From Sphaerodactylus townsendi (Eukaryota): a DNA stretch of 64,000 nucleotides. The notes under the pieces are model-generated. The model searched no databases. It had not been told where the DNA came from and saw only the letters and a program-made list of their open reading frames with translations. Positions 24,243 to 35,857 of the stretch are shown here, one piece after another. Location of the stretch: the NCBI RefSeq assembly GCF_021028975.2, contig NC_059433.1, positions 56,544,001 through 56,608,000 on the forward strand, read 5' to 3'. Every line of letters starts with the position of its first letter. The first letter of the stretch is position 1. The translations under genes and the position numbers were made by a program.

Positions 24243-25525
24243 AAGTGTTGCTTATTGTCAGTGACACAGGTATAGATTATTTATGGGGTGGATTCGGGGG
24301 TCATGGCCATGCCCCCACCCACCCCTGGGGGCATGGCCATGCTTTCCTAAGTCCTGCCCCTGGCCTCAGTGCTTATAAAAGCAGCTCTCTGAGATCAAGG
24401 ACAGCAGACTCCCCTGCCCCCCCCTGTCTGGGCTCCCAGCCAGCAGCCCCTTCTGCCCTCCCCTAGCTAGGGAAAATGGAGTCCAGTACAAAATCTGTTT
24501 TGCGGGCTCCCACCATGGGCGGCCACTGTGATGCTGGAATCCACCTCCAAACAGCATCACTTTCAGTGGTGTTTAAACTAGGGAGCCCAGATTCTCCTTT
24601 TAAATCCACCTTAAAGGGAGAATCTGGGGTCTCCAGTGGATTATCTTCCACCCTGAAACAGCATCACTTTCAATGTTTAAACTGAGGACCTCAGATTCTC
24701 CCTTTAAATCCATGCCAAAGGGGGTGGATTTAAAAGAGAATCTGGGGAAATTGGGGGGTCCCTGCTGTTAGGGGTGCAATTGTTAAGCTAGCAGCACCAA
24801 ACGTTCAGGGTATCTTTAGGAGACTCACCTGATGATACCACCCAGGTTTAGTGAAGTTTGGTTCAGGGGGTCCAAAGTTATGGACCCTCAAAGGTGTAGC
24901 CCCATCTCCTATTAGCTCCCATCGGAAACAATGGGGGATAGTGGCACCCCCTTTGGGAGTCCACAACTTTGGACTCCTGAACCAAACCTCGCCAAACCTG
25001 GTGGTATCATCAGGAGAGTCTCCCAACAAATCCCTGAAAATTTGGTGCTGCTAGCCTAAATGCCGCGCCCCTTACTGGCCAAAAACTGAAAAAACGCACA
25101 AAAACCCAAAAAACCCACAAATGGGGATGGAGGTTTGGACATGTAATTGGGGGTTTGAACCCAGGAACCCCTCCCCCCCTTACCTACATCCTTGCTTATC
25201 CTAACTGCTTGTTCATCTAGTGGTCCTCAATGCAGGCACATGCAAGACTGCACTTGGGCAGGCCACCCGTGGAACATTTTAAATAGCATATTAAGAGCTT
25301 TAAGTCACAAATTGGGTGCTCCTCTTCGGTAGTCACAGTCTGGTCTAGCTATGTCTCCTGCCCAGGTTACATGACTCAGAGGAAGGGTGCACCCTTCACT
25401 CTAACTCTTCAGTGCCGCAATGAGCCACCCCTTTTGGAAGAAGATAGCCCATAGTGTGGAAAGTTGAAGGGACATGTGCCTGCACAGAGGACCACTAGAT
25501 GAACAGTTTTGGTAAGCAATACTGG
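24243..25525. mobile_element. Older long-TIR MITE whose left TIR is split by the hAT at 24259-25194
   Basis: The joined left end agtgttgcttat|cctaactgcttgttcatctagtggtcctcaatgcaggcacatg matches the reverse complement of catgtgcctgcacagaggaccactagatgaacagttttggtaagcaatactg (25473-25524). Confidence 0.7.
24259..25194 (+). mobile_element. Non-autonomous hAT element (same family as 58668-61998, opposite orientation)
   Basis: TIR cagtgacacaggta / tacctacatccttg; degenerate 8-bp TSD cttattgt/cttatcct; extensive identity with the reverse complement of 58668-61998. Confidence 0.85.
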
Positions 25526-26562
25526 TTTTTTATCACTGTGTTCTCTGTGCAGTCTCATGTGAGATTACATGTTGTGGAGGCGGGTATGGAACTATAAGTG
25601 AGCCAGAGATTGCAATACAGCTTTATCCACAGTCATTGCAGCCCCATCATCAACATCCACAGCACAGTACTTGACTAAAGTCAATAGAGTGGACCACATC
25701 ACTACTTTACAGACATCATTATGGTCCACCTGTGGTTTAAAAACTGTTGAAGTAACTAAAGCTGCTTGGGTATAGTAATCAGTCCAATACAGGTGAGCTG
25801 CAAGCAGTTTTTTCTACAGGTACCATTTTGTCTTAAGCATGAGGCAGCTCAGCAAAAGGACTTAGCAAACTAAGTCCCCCCCCCAAAAGTAAAATGGATA
25901 AACAGAATGACGCTAACTCAATAAACTAAAAACAAACCACAACTAGAACACTCTACACCACAAAAGCTGATCTGAAACAAGTCTCATAGGCCATGACCAA
26001 GATTAGCAATCAGAGAAGTCGAAATCATCTCTGCTCCTTGCAGCAGCAAAGAAAGATCTGGAAGAAAGGGTGTGCCCCTACTCCCCAGTCATGGGACCTG
26101 GGCTGAACGATGGCACTCATTTTGTGACTAAAAGCTCTTAATATGCTATCTAAAATGCTCTGAGGCTGGTCTATGCAAATGCAGTCCCACAAAGGAACCA
26201 CACAGAGGCCATGACGATGAACTTTTCATTATCTCTTCTTACTTGTTATTGTTTCCCTCATCATCTGAAAGTGTTGGATTTTCTGTGTCTCACTTATTTC
26301 AGTCAAATATGAGACTTCTTTGCAATTAAACTTATGAAGGTTTGCCTCCTCTGACTCTCCAAGGTAAACTGAAATGTAATTGTTATTAAAGCAAAACACT
26401 ACTATTTTTACACTGTTTTTTTTTCACAACAGGACTCTTGGTAAGCAAATGTACCCAAACTCTATCATCTCATTTAGACAACAAGAATAAAAATAGATAC
26501 CACAACAATTTCTCAATACATCATAAATACTCAATGACAGATGGCATTCATTGGCTGCTTAC

Positions 26563-26714
26563 CCATTACTGCAGTAATCATTATTCCAGTCCACGCCCTG
26601 TGCTGGAGGATTTCTACACCCTGAACGAACGTATTCCATTGCTTGAGTAACAACTTGCGCAGCTGTAGATGTAGGGTTGATAATATTCTGGTAGTCAGGC
26701 TGGAGAGTAAAACC
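26563..26714 (-). CDS. TOX: TOX coding exon (exon 8 equivalent)
   Basis: GFTLQPDYQNIINPTSTAAQVVTQAMEYVRSGCRNPPAQGVDWNNDYCSN+GG. Acceptor ttcttgtttag|GGT, donor GG|gtaagc; 152 bp, ends in phase 2. Confidence 0.96.
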
Positions 26715-28789
26715 CTAAACAAGAAAAGAAACAATGCAATTCAAAGCAAAGTTCAATTAGCCCAGTTAACATCTTAACGGAAAGTCTTGACAAAGTCTCA
26801 AGCCCTGCTTCTGAGTTCTCCAACTTGAAGCAAAAAAAAGGGGGGAAAATAAGACTCGTGCCTTTTCAGAAATAACTTTAATTGGTTGAGAAGCAATGCA
26901 AGATAACACACTACAAGGGTAGAACTCCAAGACAAAGAATAGAGACATTTTAAAAGCCATGAAAAAAAATAGCTCATTCAACACAGGGAAATAAAAGAAA
27001 GGTCTGTGTGTTTCTTACAGCTCGTATTTCGAATCAACCCAAGGATGCACTATTAGTTAATTCCAAGAATATGCAACAGAATCTTTTTGAAGGATGCAGG
27101 CAGCAGGTGGCTGAGTGTTTTATTAGACTACACCTATTCACGATTATTGTTCTCAAACCCCTTTTATTTGGTGCAGTCACAAAAGGACCATCTGCTGCTC
27201 CTTTTATTTGCACTTCTTTCTCAACTACACAAAAATTCAACCAAAGCTTTTTAACAGTTGTTGGACTAATGTAGCAAAAGCAGAGGAAAGGAGGAAAAAC
27301 CTTGCTGTTGTTTTCACCCAGAAGTGAGCTATGCTTAAATGTTGTTTGCCAAAAGTAGCAAAGCCGAACAGATTTTCAAGAATGGTAACCATTGATTTTT
27401 CCATACAGCATTTAGCTTAAATAAACAAAGAGGCCTGCAGAAAGGTTAGGAGTACTTTATAGTGTACAAGCACAGCAATAAACCAGCTAATGTCTGCTTG
27501 AGGAATACTGGCTGGATGGGTCTTAAAGAGATAAACTTTCCAAGGACATCAGAGAAAGTATACTTGCTGAAGCAGAATGTTTCATTGAGTTGAACAGAAA
27601 CCTTCCTGAAATTCCTGCCACAAAGTGGTATGGTTTAAAACAGCTACTATCTAGCTTCTGTTACCTTTTTTACTATGCTTAATTATATGGCCATTCTGTA
27701 ACACCCAAAGCTTGCCTTGAAATTGCTCTCTGTGCTGGAACATATGCTGCTCAGTTGCAGGCCACAGGACCTGAAACTACACTGTAATTTTTCTTTTTAG
27801 CCCAGTCTTAGATAATAAAACCAAGTGTACAAAATTACACAAAAAGTTGTTTTTTAAGTATCCAGGGATCTCTGGAGTTGCTGAGCTAGTTCTCAAGGTG
27901 TCAGTAAATGAAGCACAAGAGCTGTGCCATTTTGTGATTATCTGACCAAATATACGGGGGCCTCAAAATTGTGTTAAAGCTTCCGCAGCATCGCTCTATA
28001 AATTGTCTGTATGGCTACTACAGCTCATGTGATTCATACTACTCTACCTGCCAGTCTAGGACTTGGTCAAAATAGGAAAAAACAACACTTGGCTTAGCTA
28101 ATCAACAAATACTCTCCCTTTTCAAACAGGCAAATTTTGACATCAAGTTTTGGCTCAGCTCTAAAGTGGATACAATTATATTGACTCTGGCCTTTTTAAC
28201 TTACCAAAAAAGAATCAGTCACACATTTTGAATCCATAAGTTATTTATGTAGAAATGTTTAGCTATCCATGTTCTTGTGGTAACTATGCTAAAGAAAATA
28301 ACAATTTTGGTCATGGTTGATTCTCTATTAAAGCATTGGGAACCTGAACATAATCCTGTAGAAAATCTAGTTATTTTTGCACTTTCTCAAGATTACTTTT
28401 CACTTTTCATTGAGACTAATAGTCCAGTCCAGAGAGGTAGGGGTAAAACCCACTTCTGGAGGTAGTACAGACCCTTGTGGCTGAATTTGCTCTCCCAGGG
28501 GCACTTACCCTGGCAAGGCATGCCCGAGGGATGCAGCTCATGTCAGTTGGCTTCCATCCTGGCATTGAGGCCAATTACGTCATGGCCTGGGCTTGGACTT
28601 ACACCACCCTTTTGGATGACATGTCCATTAGGTCCTATGGAGGGCTTTCCAACAGCACAGGGATTTTGCGTTTTCTGCCTCCCTGTGCCTCTGGAAAGCT
28701 CTCTGTAGGCGGGGGGGGGGGCAGTGTGGTGGCCTGGGGCTGTGGACTGGCCTGTAAAAAGTATAATAGATTCAAGATATTAAGGATTT

Positions 28790-29094
28790 TTTTTCATATT
28801 CCTATTTCAAACACAATCTCCAATTATGGCGCCCCCCCCCCCCTTTCTTCCTTTTATAATATCTGCGGATCCTGCCATTCCTCCCTCCTCTTCTTTTTTT
28901 GGGATCTGTTAGTAGGACGCCATCTATTTATATTTGACTGAACGCTGCTTTTAATGGGGTAGTTTTAATACATATAGAGCCACTGTTTAATACTTATTTA
29001 TTCCAATTTGATATTACTGATTTTATTGTGTGCTCTACTTCTATGTTTTGTTCACCGCCCTGAGCCCTTCGGGGGAGGGCGGTTTATAAATACA

Positions 29095-29163
<69 letters not shown>
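28790..29163 (+). mobile_element. L2 3' UTR and tail with (AAT)n
   Basis: caccgccctgagcccttcgggggagggcggtttataaat stem-loop, then about 22 AAT units. Confidence 0.8.
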
Positions 29164-29164
<1 letters not shown>

Positions 29165-29374
29165 GAAGGAATGAGAAAGTAAATACAGGTCACTTATGGT
29201 TTAGGGGATGGGTTGCAGCTGACTTGAGACCTACTGAACTGCTTGACCCACTGAAATTGATTCGACTAAGGAACAATTGCAATTTCTCCAGCTAATCTAG
29301 TTTTATGGATCAGGTTTGTATAAAGTTAAACTTTATGTCAACGGAACTATATGGCAAATTTTTCTTAATGTTTA

Positions 29375-29620
29375 ATGGTAAAAGATACAAGCACTGTCAT
29401 TACGGATCCGTGGGGTAATGTCACATCACAACATTTACTAGGCAGACTATTTACAAGGTGGTTTGCCTTTGTCTTCCCCAGTCATCTACACTTTACTCAT
29501 CTTGCCAATCTCAGAGGGATGGAAGGCTGTGTGAACCTTGAGCTGGCTATCTGAAACTGCATTTCATCAGGATTGAACTCAAAGCTTTGACTGTAGAACT
29601 GCAGCTTACTTCTCCCTGCC
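29375..29620 (-). mobile_element. Sauria SINE (degenerate)
   Basis: ggtggtttgcctttgtcttccccagtc...actcatcttgccaatctcagagggatggaaggctgtgtgaaccttgagc matches the recalled Sauria SINE body. Confidence 0.7.
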
Positions 29621-31761
29621 AGTTTTTACTTAAAATTAAATTCCTGTAAATGTAATGTGACTTATTCTCTGGGACACATCCACAGGATTGTAGTCGAAGC
29701 TGACATGTTATGATTCCACAGTTTTGGAATGGCTATGTCTGCTAATTGTTTTTCATTGTTCTGTGTACAAAAGCAATCACAGCTATTGATCCGGACTGCA
29801 AGAATACAATTATTATACCACAAGAAACAACTACATGTATCATTTCAGGATTTCTTATTATCCAGATGATAGATCCCTTGCTCACAATAGACACAAGCCA
29901 ATGCAATACATATTTGTAATTTCCCCCAATTTGATTATCCAAATGTTTTAATGTCCCTGTAAGACTTTTGGAAATAATTTTGTGGGAGTAATGCTTGTGG
30001 GAAACTTATTTTCCAAAGCTAGTAAAATATAATTAAAGGATTCTGGAAATGTAAAATTAACAAAGGGCATTCAAGTCCAGATTTGGGCATAAAGCTTGAA
30101 CAGATCTTGAAAAGCAATGGATGCATGTACCATTGTGACTCGGAAATATAAAATATTGTTTTATGTATGGACTTTTCAAACAGAAAAGCAATGAAAATCA
30201 TTCAGGAAATGGATATTCTGTTGTCTAACAAGGCAACACCAAATGTTTTTATATTGTAATGTTCAAGATAAAATCACCAACTGTTTCTGTGACATGCCTT
30301 GAATTTAAGTTTCATTTTTTGGTGCCAGATTGAAATAAAAAAATAGAGAACTTGATAAAGATTAATTTGATGTCAGACAGGACATTTGCTCTTTAATTAG
30401 ATTTCTGTATTCCTAGCTGGAGGTTTTTTTATGCAACCATAGCAAGTACTAAAAAGCCTGAAGCACAACCTAAACTGCGATCTTCATCTCTACACTTTAC
30501 TAGGAACTAATTTCATTTCCTGTCTGTCTGGAAAGGTATTTTCAACAGGCATCAATGTTTTTGTCTTTACAACTGATTTATTCATCAATCTCAATGTGAT
30601 GTTTTTTAAACCTTTAAATTACATCCAAATCTTAAAGCATCTGTTTATTACACAAGGAAATTGAAAATCTGTCTGTGTGATATCATACAAAGATTTTCTC
30701 TTAAGGTTATAAGGACAGTTGACAGATATTAATGATTTTTCTGCCTCTTAACCACATTCAAAAACATGGCGTGGAGAAAAAATGAAGGTGCAGGAGAAAT
30801 GGTGGCAAATGCAGCACACTCAAGAGATTGCTGAATAAAAGACACACAAGATAAAATAAAGTTGTGATTTATTAAATGACCATTTGTGGACACATACTGC
30901 TAAATAAAAATAGAGCAAACCAATAGTATTTTACATTATCAGTAATAAATGTACTCTAAAATATGTATATATAGAAATATATTCTATATTTATACATTTT
31001 GCTTTTATGAAGAAGCAACTCTCTACCAAGATAGCAGTGCATAGGCCTATTTTCATTCACAAAGTTAGTGATTCAGAAATAACAAGAGCAAAAGCTTTCC
31101 TGTTTTATCAATGGTTTAGTTGAACAGGAGACAGAATGCCACACTAAGAACACGTTGAGTTTGGTGTATATATGTGATAGCTACTGTGTATGTTGTGATT
31201 TAGAGAAATGTCACAAATAATATTTTTTTAAAGATAAGCAGTTTATATTTTTGTAATGTGGCTTTGGCTTATAGCCAGATTCATACTTCAGCACCTCCAG
31301 AAGGAATCCAGAGTTCTAACTGAAAACTACACCAAAGGTATTCACATAACATTTCAAACACACGCTTGTCATCCTCATGATTTGGTAATGTGCAAAAACC
31401 CAGATAAGTGCATATGTGTGAAAAACAGAGGAAGGATAACTGAATTTCCTATACATACGGTTTTGTTTTGTTTCAATAACAATACTGATGGCTTTGGCTA
31501 CTATTAGCAGCATTTTTCTTCTGAAGAATCACAGCAGTATCTCTGGTCACTAAACTTCTTAGTTTCCCTATCGACACTGTATAGAATACTTCATGTTTGG
31601 TTATTGCCAAGTTCCTGCAGCAAATTTTGTCACCTTGTGATCATTAAAGAACTTGGACTAATTCAGATTTTTACCTCAGTTGCCTATTTCTAATAAAGTT
31701 CATGATTTAAAAGGTAACATCTGACACTCAAACTGTGAAAGACTCCAGAGAGGGTCTAGGA

Positions 31762-32247
31762 CAGTGATGGTGAACCTTTTCGAGACAGAGTGCCCAAATT
31801 GCAACCCCAAACCCGCTTATTTATCGCAAAGTGTCAACATGGCAATTTAACCCGAATACTGAAGTTTTAGTTTAGAAAAAATGGTTGGTTCCGAAGCGTG
31901 TGTTACTTGGGAGTAAGCTTGGTGGTAGTCGGTGGCTTGGCTTTAAAGCAACCGAGCAACTCTTCCAATGGGTGAATCACGAACCTAGGAGGTCATTGCC
32001 AGTAACCGAGCTTACTCCTAGGTAAAGGATCGCACTTTAGTTCTTTGCATGAAAATCAGTGGGGTTTAACAGCGCTTAACAGGGTTACCCATGCTGCTTC
32101 CCCAAAACGAGGTCTTAGGTTTAATGCTAATAATCGAGCCCAATGGCCCAGGCCAACCTAGATGGGGGGGCACTCTGTTTGCGTGTGCCCACAGAGAGGG
32201 CTCTGAGTGCCACCTCTGGCACCCGTGCCATAGGTTCGCCACCACTG
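31762..32247. mobile_element. hAT MITE (CAGTGATGG-type TIR)
   Basis: TIR cagtgatggtgaacct / aggttcgccaccactg; 8-bp TSD gtctagga/gtctaggg. Confidence 0.9.
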
Positions 32248-32916
32248 GTCTAGGGGAATGAGCAACATGATGGATTCATTACAACATTGTACAACATATA
32301 CAAATTAAAACATACTGAATATGTAATTGGGAAAACTCACAAACACTGAGGATCTAAATTAACTGTAATTACTTATGAAAAAAATCTTTGGTCATTTCAA
32401 TCCACAACAAAATTGAAACATCTGAATTGTAACCGGGGGGGGGGTAGGGGGAGGGGGAGGAGGTCACAAAAGTGCTGAGGGTCATAAAAGCCAACAATAA
32501 TATCTCAATATAACTGAGAATACGATGTTCCTGTTGAGATATAAATTGATAGAATGCCAGTTTCATTCAAATGCAAGACAGAAAAGGGGGTTTAGATTAG
32601 ATTGCTGAAAACAAGAGGGAAAAGAGGATTGCTTCCTTTTGGGACTGAGATACAAGCAAGCACTTTTTATGCTTATTCCAAATAGTATTTAGTAGAGAGA
32701 TGCTCCTTTGAAGTCTCTTGTGGGCCATTAATGGCCAAAGGAATGAAGGAAGACCTACATTTCATAGCAATTAATGTTACTAACCACAATTTTCATTATC
32801 ATAATCCCCCCTCCCTTGTTTTCACAGGGTCTAATATTATCCACATACTAATAGACATAGGGAAGCTTCCCCAGTCCACTGTGATATATTAACTGGCTCT
32901 TATAGTGATTATAAAT

Positions 32917-33340
32917 TCATTCATTCATTCATTCATACATTCAAAATTTCGCCTAATTATCTCAAGATCCACAGTAATGACAACGAAAAAACAATTTGAT
33001 AAAACAATATACATTAGAACAGCAGATATAAAAATACATTAAAAAACCAACTTAAAACACCTCATGTTTCCACCATTAGGGTGGTTACCCTTGCTCAGGC
33101 TGAGATTGCCCTCAAAAGTCCTTTGAACAACTATGTCTTGTAGCCTTGTTGGAAAACCAGGAGGAAGGACCCTCTGACCCTTTATTGAAAGCTGTTTCAG
33201 AGATATGGGGCAGCCACTGGAAAAACTGGAAAAACAGAAAATATGTAGAGAAAGGGGCCACTGACAATAGACTCTGCTACAAAGAATGACACTGGCCCAA
33301 TGGAAATATGCTGGGAGAGGCAGTCCTTCAATATATAATT
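32917..33340 (-). mobile_element. Old L2 3' fragment with (TGAA)n tail
   Basis: (TCAT)n tail and degenerate L2 C-terminal coding sequence (FSSGCPISLKQL-like region). Confidence 0.5.
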
Positions 33341-33456
33341 GTCAGTAAGGCATTTCTGTCACTTGATCAAACTACTTGTAAGCCAAGAGCAAAATAAAAG
33401 GACAAAAATGATTAAGTGATATACATTTCTGAAACATATACCCAAATTTAACTTAC

Positions 33457-33843
33457 TTGTTGCATTGTAGGCGAATGTAAAGCAGACTGGACCTGCATCG
33501 GTAGCTGGCTCCCAAGGGACTGCTGCATTGTAAGTGGCTGGTGTTGTTGTATGCTGAGATGCGGGTGAAGAGGAGGGCTCATCTGAAGGGATGGGGGTGG
33601 GGACACCGCCATGCTTGCAATGGACACAGTCACAGGCATTTGGTTGTTGGGCTTAGGTGCTATATTCCTAGGAATATTGGGGTGTATGGCTGTTATGTGA
33701 GGATTCATTCCTGCTTGCTGGTGGTAATGGGAACTTAGATACAGTGCTGAGTGTGGCTGTGTAGATCCATGGAATACTGACTGCTTTGCGTTCATTATCT
33801 GAGGTTGTTGGGATACCTTAACATCCACAGGTTCATTGTAGCT
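33457..33843 (-). CDS. TOX: TOX coding exon (exon 7 equivalent): Pro/Gln/His-rich region
   Basis: SYNEPVDVKVSQQPQIMNAKQSVFHG...PRNIAPKPNNQMPVTVSIASMAVSPPP...SALHSPTMQQ. Acceptor ttcaaacag|AGC, donor CAA|gtaagt; 387 bp. Confidence 0.96.
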
Positions 33844-34491
33844 CTGTTTGAAGAAGGAAAAGATAGACTGAAATAAAGACTGGTTTCATGGTCTGACCCC
33901 CAAGATTCATGGGAACCAAAAGAATGTGTTTGCTTGACCAATAACAAACAAGCCAGATAATTCCAGAATTCATAAAACACTGTGATAAAAAAAATCCAAC
34001 ATTGTTAAAGAACAAAATATATTTTATAAATATCTTTCAATTACATTTCTATCTTACCACTCTTCCAAGGAAGTCAACGCAGCAGACAGGTTCCCTCCCT
34101 CCTTTCCCCATTTTGTCCTCACAGCCAATTGTTGGTTAATGCTTTCTTAAAAACATGATACTACTGAATTAAAATATGTCTACATTCCATTTCTAGGTTT
34201 TCTTTACAGAAAAATAATACAGAAAAATGGTACAAGAAATATATAATCTACTAATAATAATAAAATCAGCAATAAAGTATTAGTAAACAAAACATTTCAC
34301 CCAGTGCAATAAAATCCACACTGTTTTTACTATTGCTCTATTCCAACCTCAGGGCTTCAGGTCAAATTACAGAAATTTAAACAAACATAAAATACACTTA
34401 AAAAAAACCTTTTTTGTCTCCTATACTCTTTTAGTTCTACCTGCTGTTAAGGACTCTTTCCCCAAGTTTCTACCATTTCTATCTCTCACAC

Positions 34492-35318
34492 TGTGAGGAA
34501 ATGCTCCTTCCTTCTCTCCTCACTTTCCCCACAAGCAGGTACCATAGATTTGGAGGACTTAAAAATGCCAGAGGGACATCAGGAAGAACTATCTGACCTA
34601 GGGGGAAAAGATATCTTAAGTCAGACTGACCCTGAGAGAAGGGTGGGGCCTGGGAACTGATAAAACTGCTGGGAACAGAGAGGTGAAGGCTCTGAGCTAC
34701 TGAAGGGAGCAGAGGTCTTGCCCGGGCTCTGGAAAGACCAGCCATTTTGGGACCATGTGCTCACCCAGGGAACTGACTCAGCCTTCCAGGTAATGGGAAC
34801 TCTGTGAGGATTGTAACCTTCTAAGCTTAAGAGCCTACCCTATTATAACAACTAGGGTATGTATAGAATTAAGGAATAGAAGAATTGTGTTTATATCTCA
34901 TTTGTTTTGGAAACCCTTTTTCAATCTAGTGCAGTGCTAATAAATACTTTTGAACCTTAGTTGTGGGAACAGTTCTCTGTACCACCTAAGCCTCAGCTGT
35001 TGTGGATGTGCTATCAGAATAGGAGAGCACCAGGAGGAAAGCTGGCAGTTGACAAGCAGCTTCTCCTACAAGGCCTGCAATCTGCCCTGTGGAACCCAGG
35101 AGAGGGGAACCAGGGGAAGTTGAGGCTAGGCCCTAGAGGTGGAAATGAAGCTGGGGGACCCTGACCCTCTCCAGCAGGCAGTTCCTCAAATAGTCAGGTG
35201 GTGGCAGTGGTTTCCCCAGAGAGAGAAAGCAAGCCCTTTCCAGGAAAAGGTGGCAACCCCTGCTAGAGGCCTGTGGTAGAAAAGGGCCTGCCAGGCAAAG
35301 CAAACTCATTCCGCCACA
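34492..35318 (+). mobile_element. Solo LTR
   Basis: TGTG...CACA termini, 5-bp TSD CACAC, internal AATAAA near 34939; GC-richer than its flanks. Confidence 0.65.
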
Positions 35319-35419
35319 CACACAAAGAGGCTACACATGCAAAACCTGTCCTGTTCCAGGTGACCATAGACATTCCCTGGGATCCAGTGTCATCAGGGCA
35401 ATTCCCTATATCCCAAACA

Positions 35420-35490
35420 TTACATGGCAAACTGTAATGTACATGGCAAACTACAGGGCAACTGTACATGGCAAACTGCAGGGCAAACTC
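35420..35490. repeat. Short imperfect tandem repeat (tacatggcaaact)
   Basis: About 4-5 imperfect copies, read directly. Confidence 0.8.
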
Positions 35491-35767
35491 ATTACATCTA
35501 TATTTAACAATTTAAAAAAATGTTATATTTCAAAACCATCTCTCAACTAACATGAAACTATATTAATACTCAAGATACATTTTGATAAAAATCAATTGAC
35601 TGTTAACACTCTTAAGGAGCTAGTAATCACAAGAAAAAAATCTGCGGGATCTCATTAAATGGCTATTAGCAGCTATGTTCAGGTGAGAAGCCTACACATT
35701 CAACACGTTCTACCATTGAGAGGTACCACTAATGCTGAACCTCAAAGATCCAATTAGTTATTATGTC

Positions 35768-35857
35768 AATCAATCAATCAATCAATCTTTTATTTCGGTC
35801 AAAGACCAGAAAATATCAAATATAAAACATAAAATCCAAATAGTACATTTCCAGACC
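35768..35857 (-). mobile_element. Extremely 5'-truncated LINE tail with (GATT)n
   Basis: Perfect 13-bp TSD TAGTTATTATGTC (35755-35767, 35858-35870); minus strand ctggtctttgaccgAAATAAAa(gatt)n. Confidence 0.85.

Noticed and set aside
29008-29295. Poly-Asn protein
   Set aside because: Translation of the (AAT)n tail of an L2 element.
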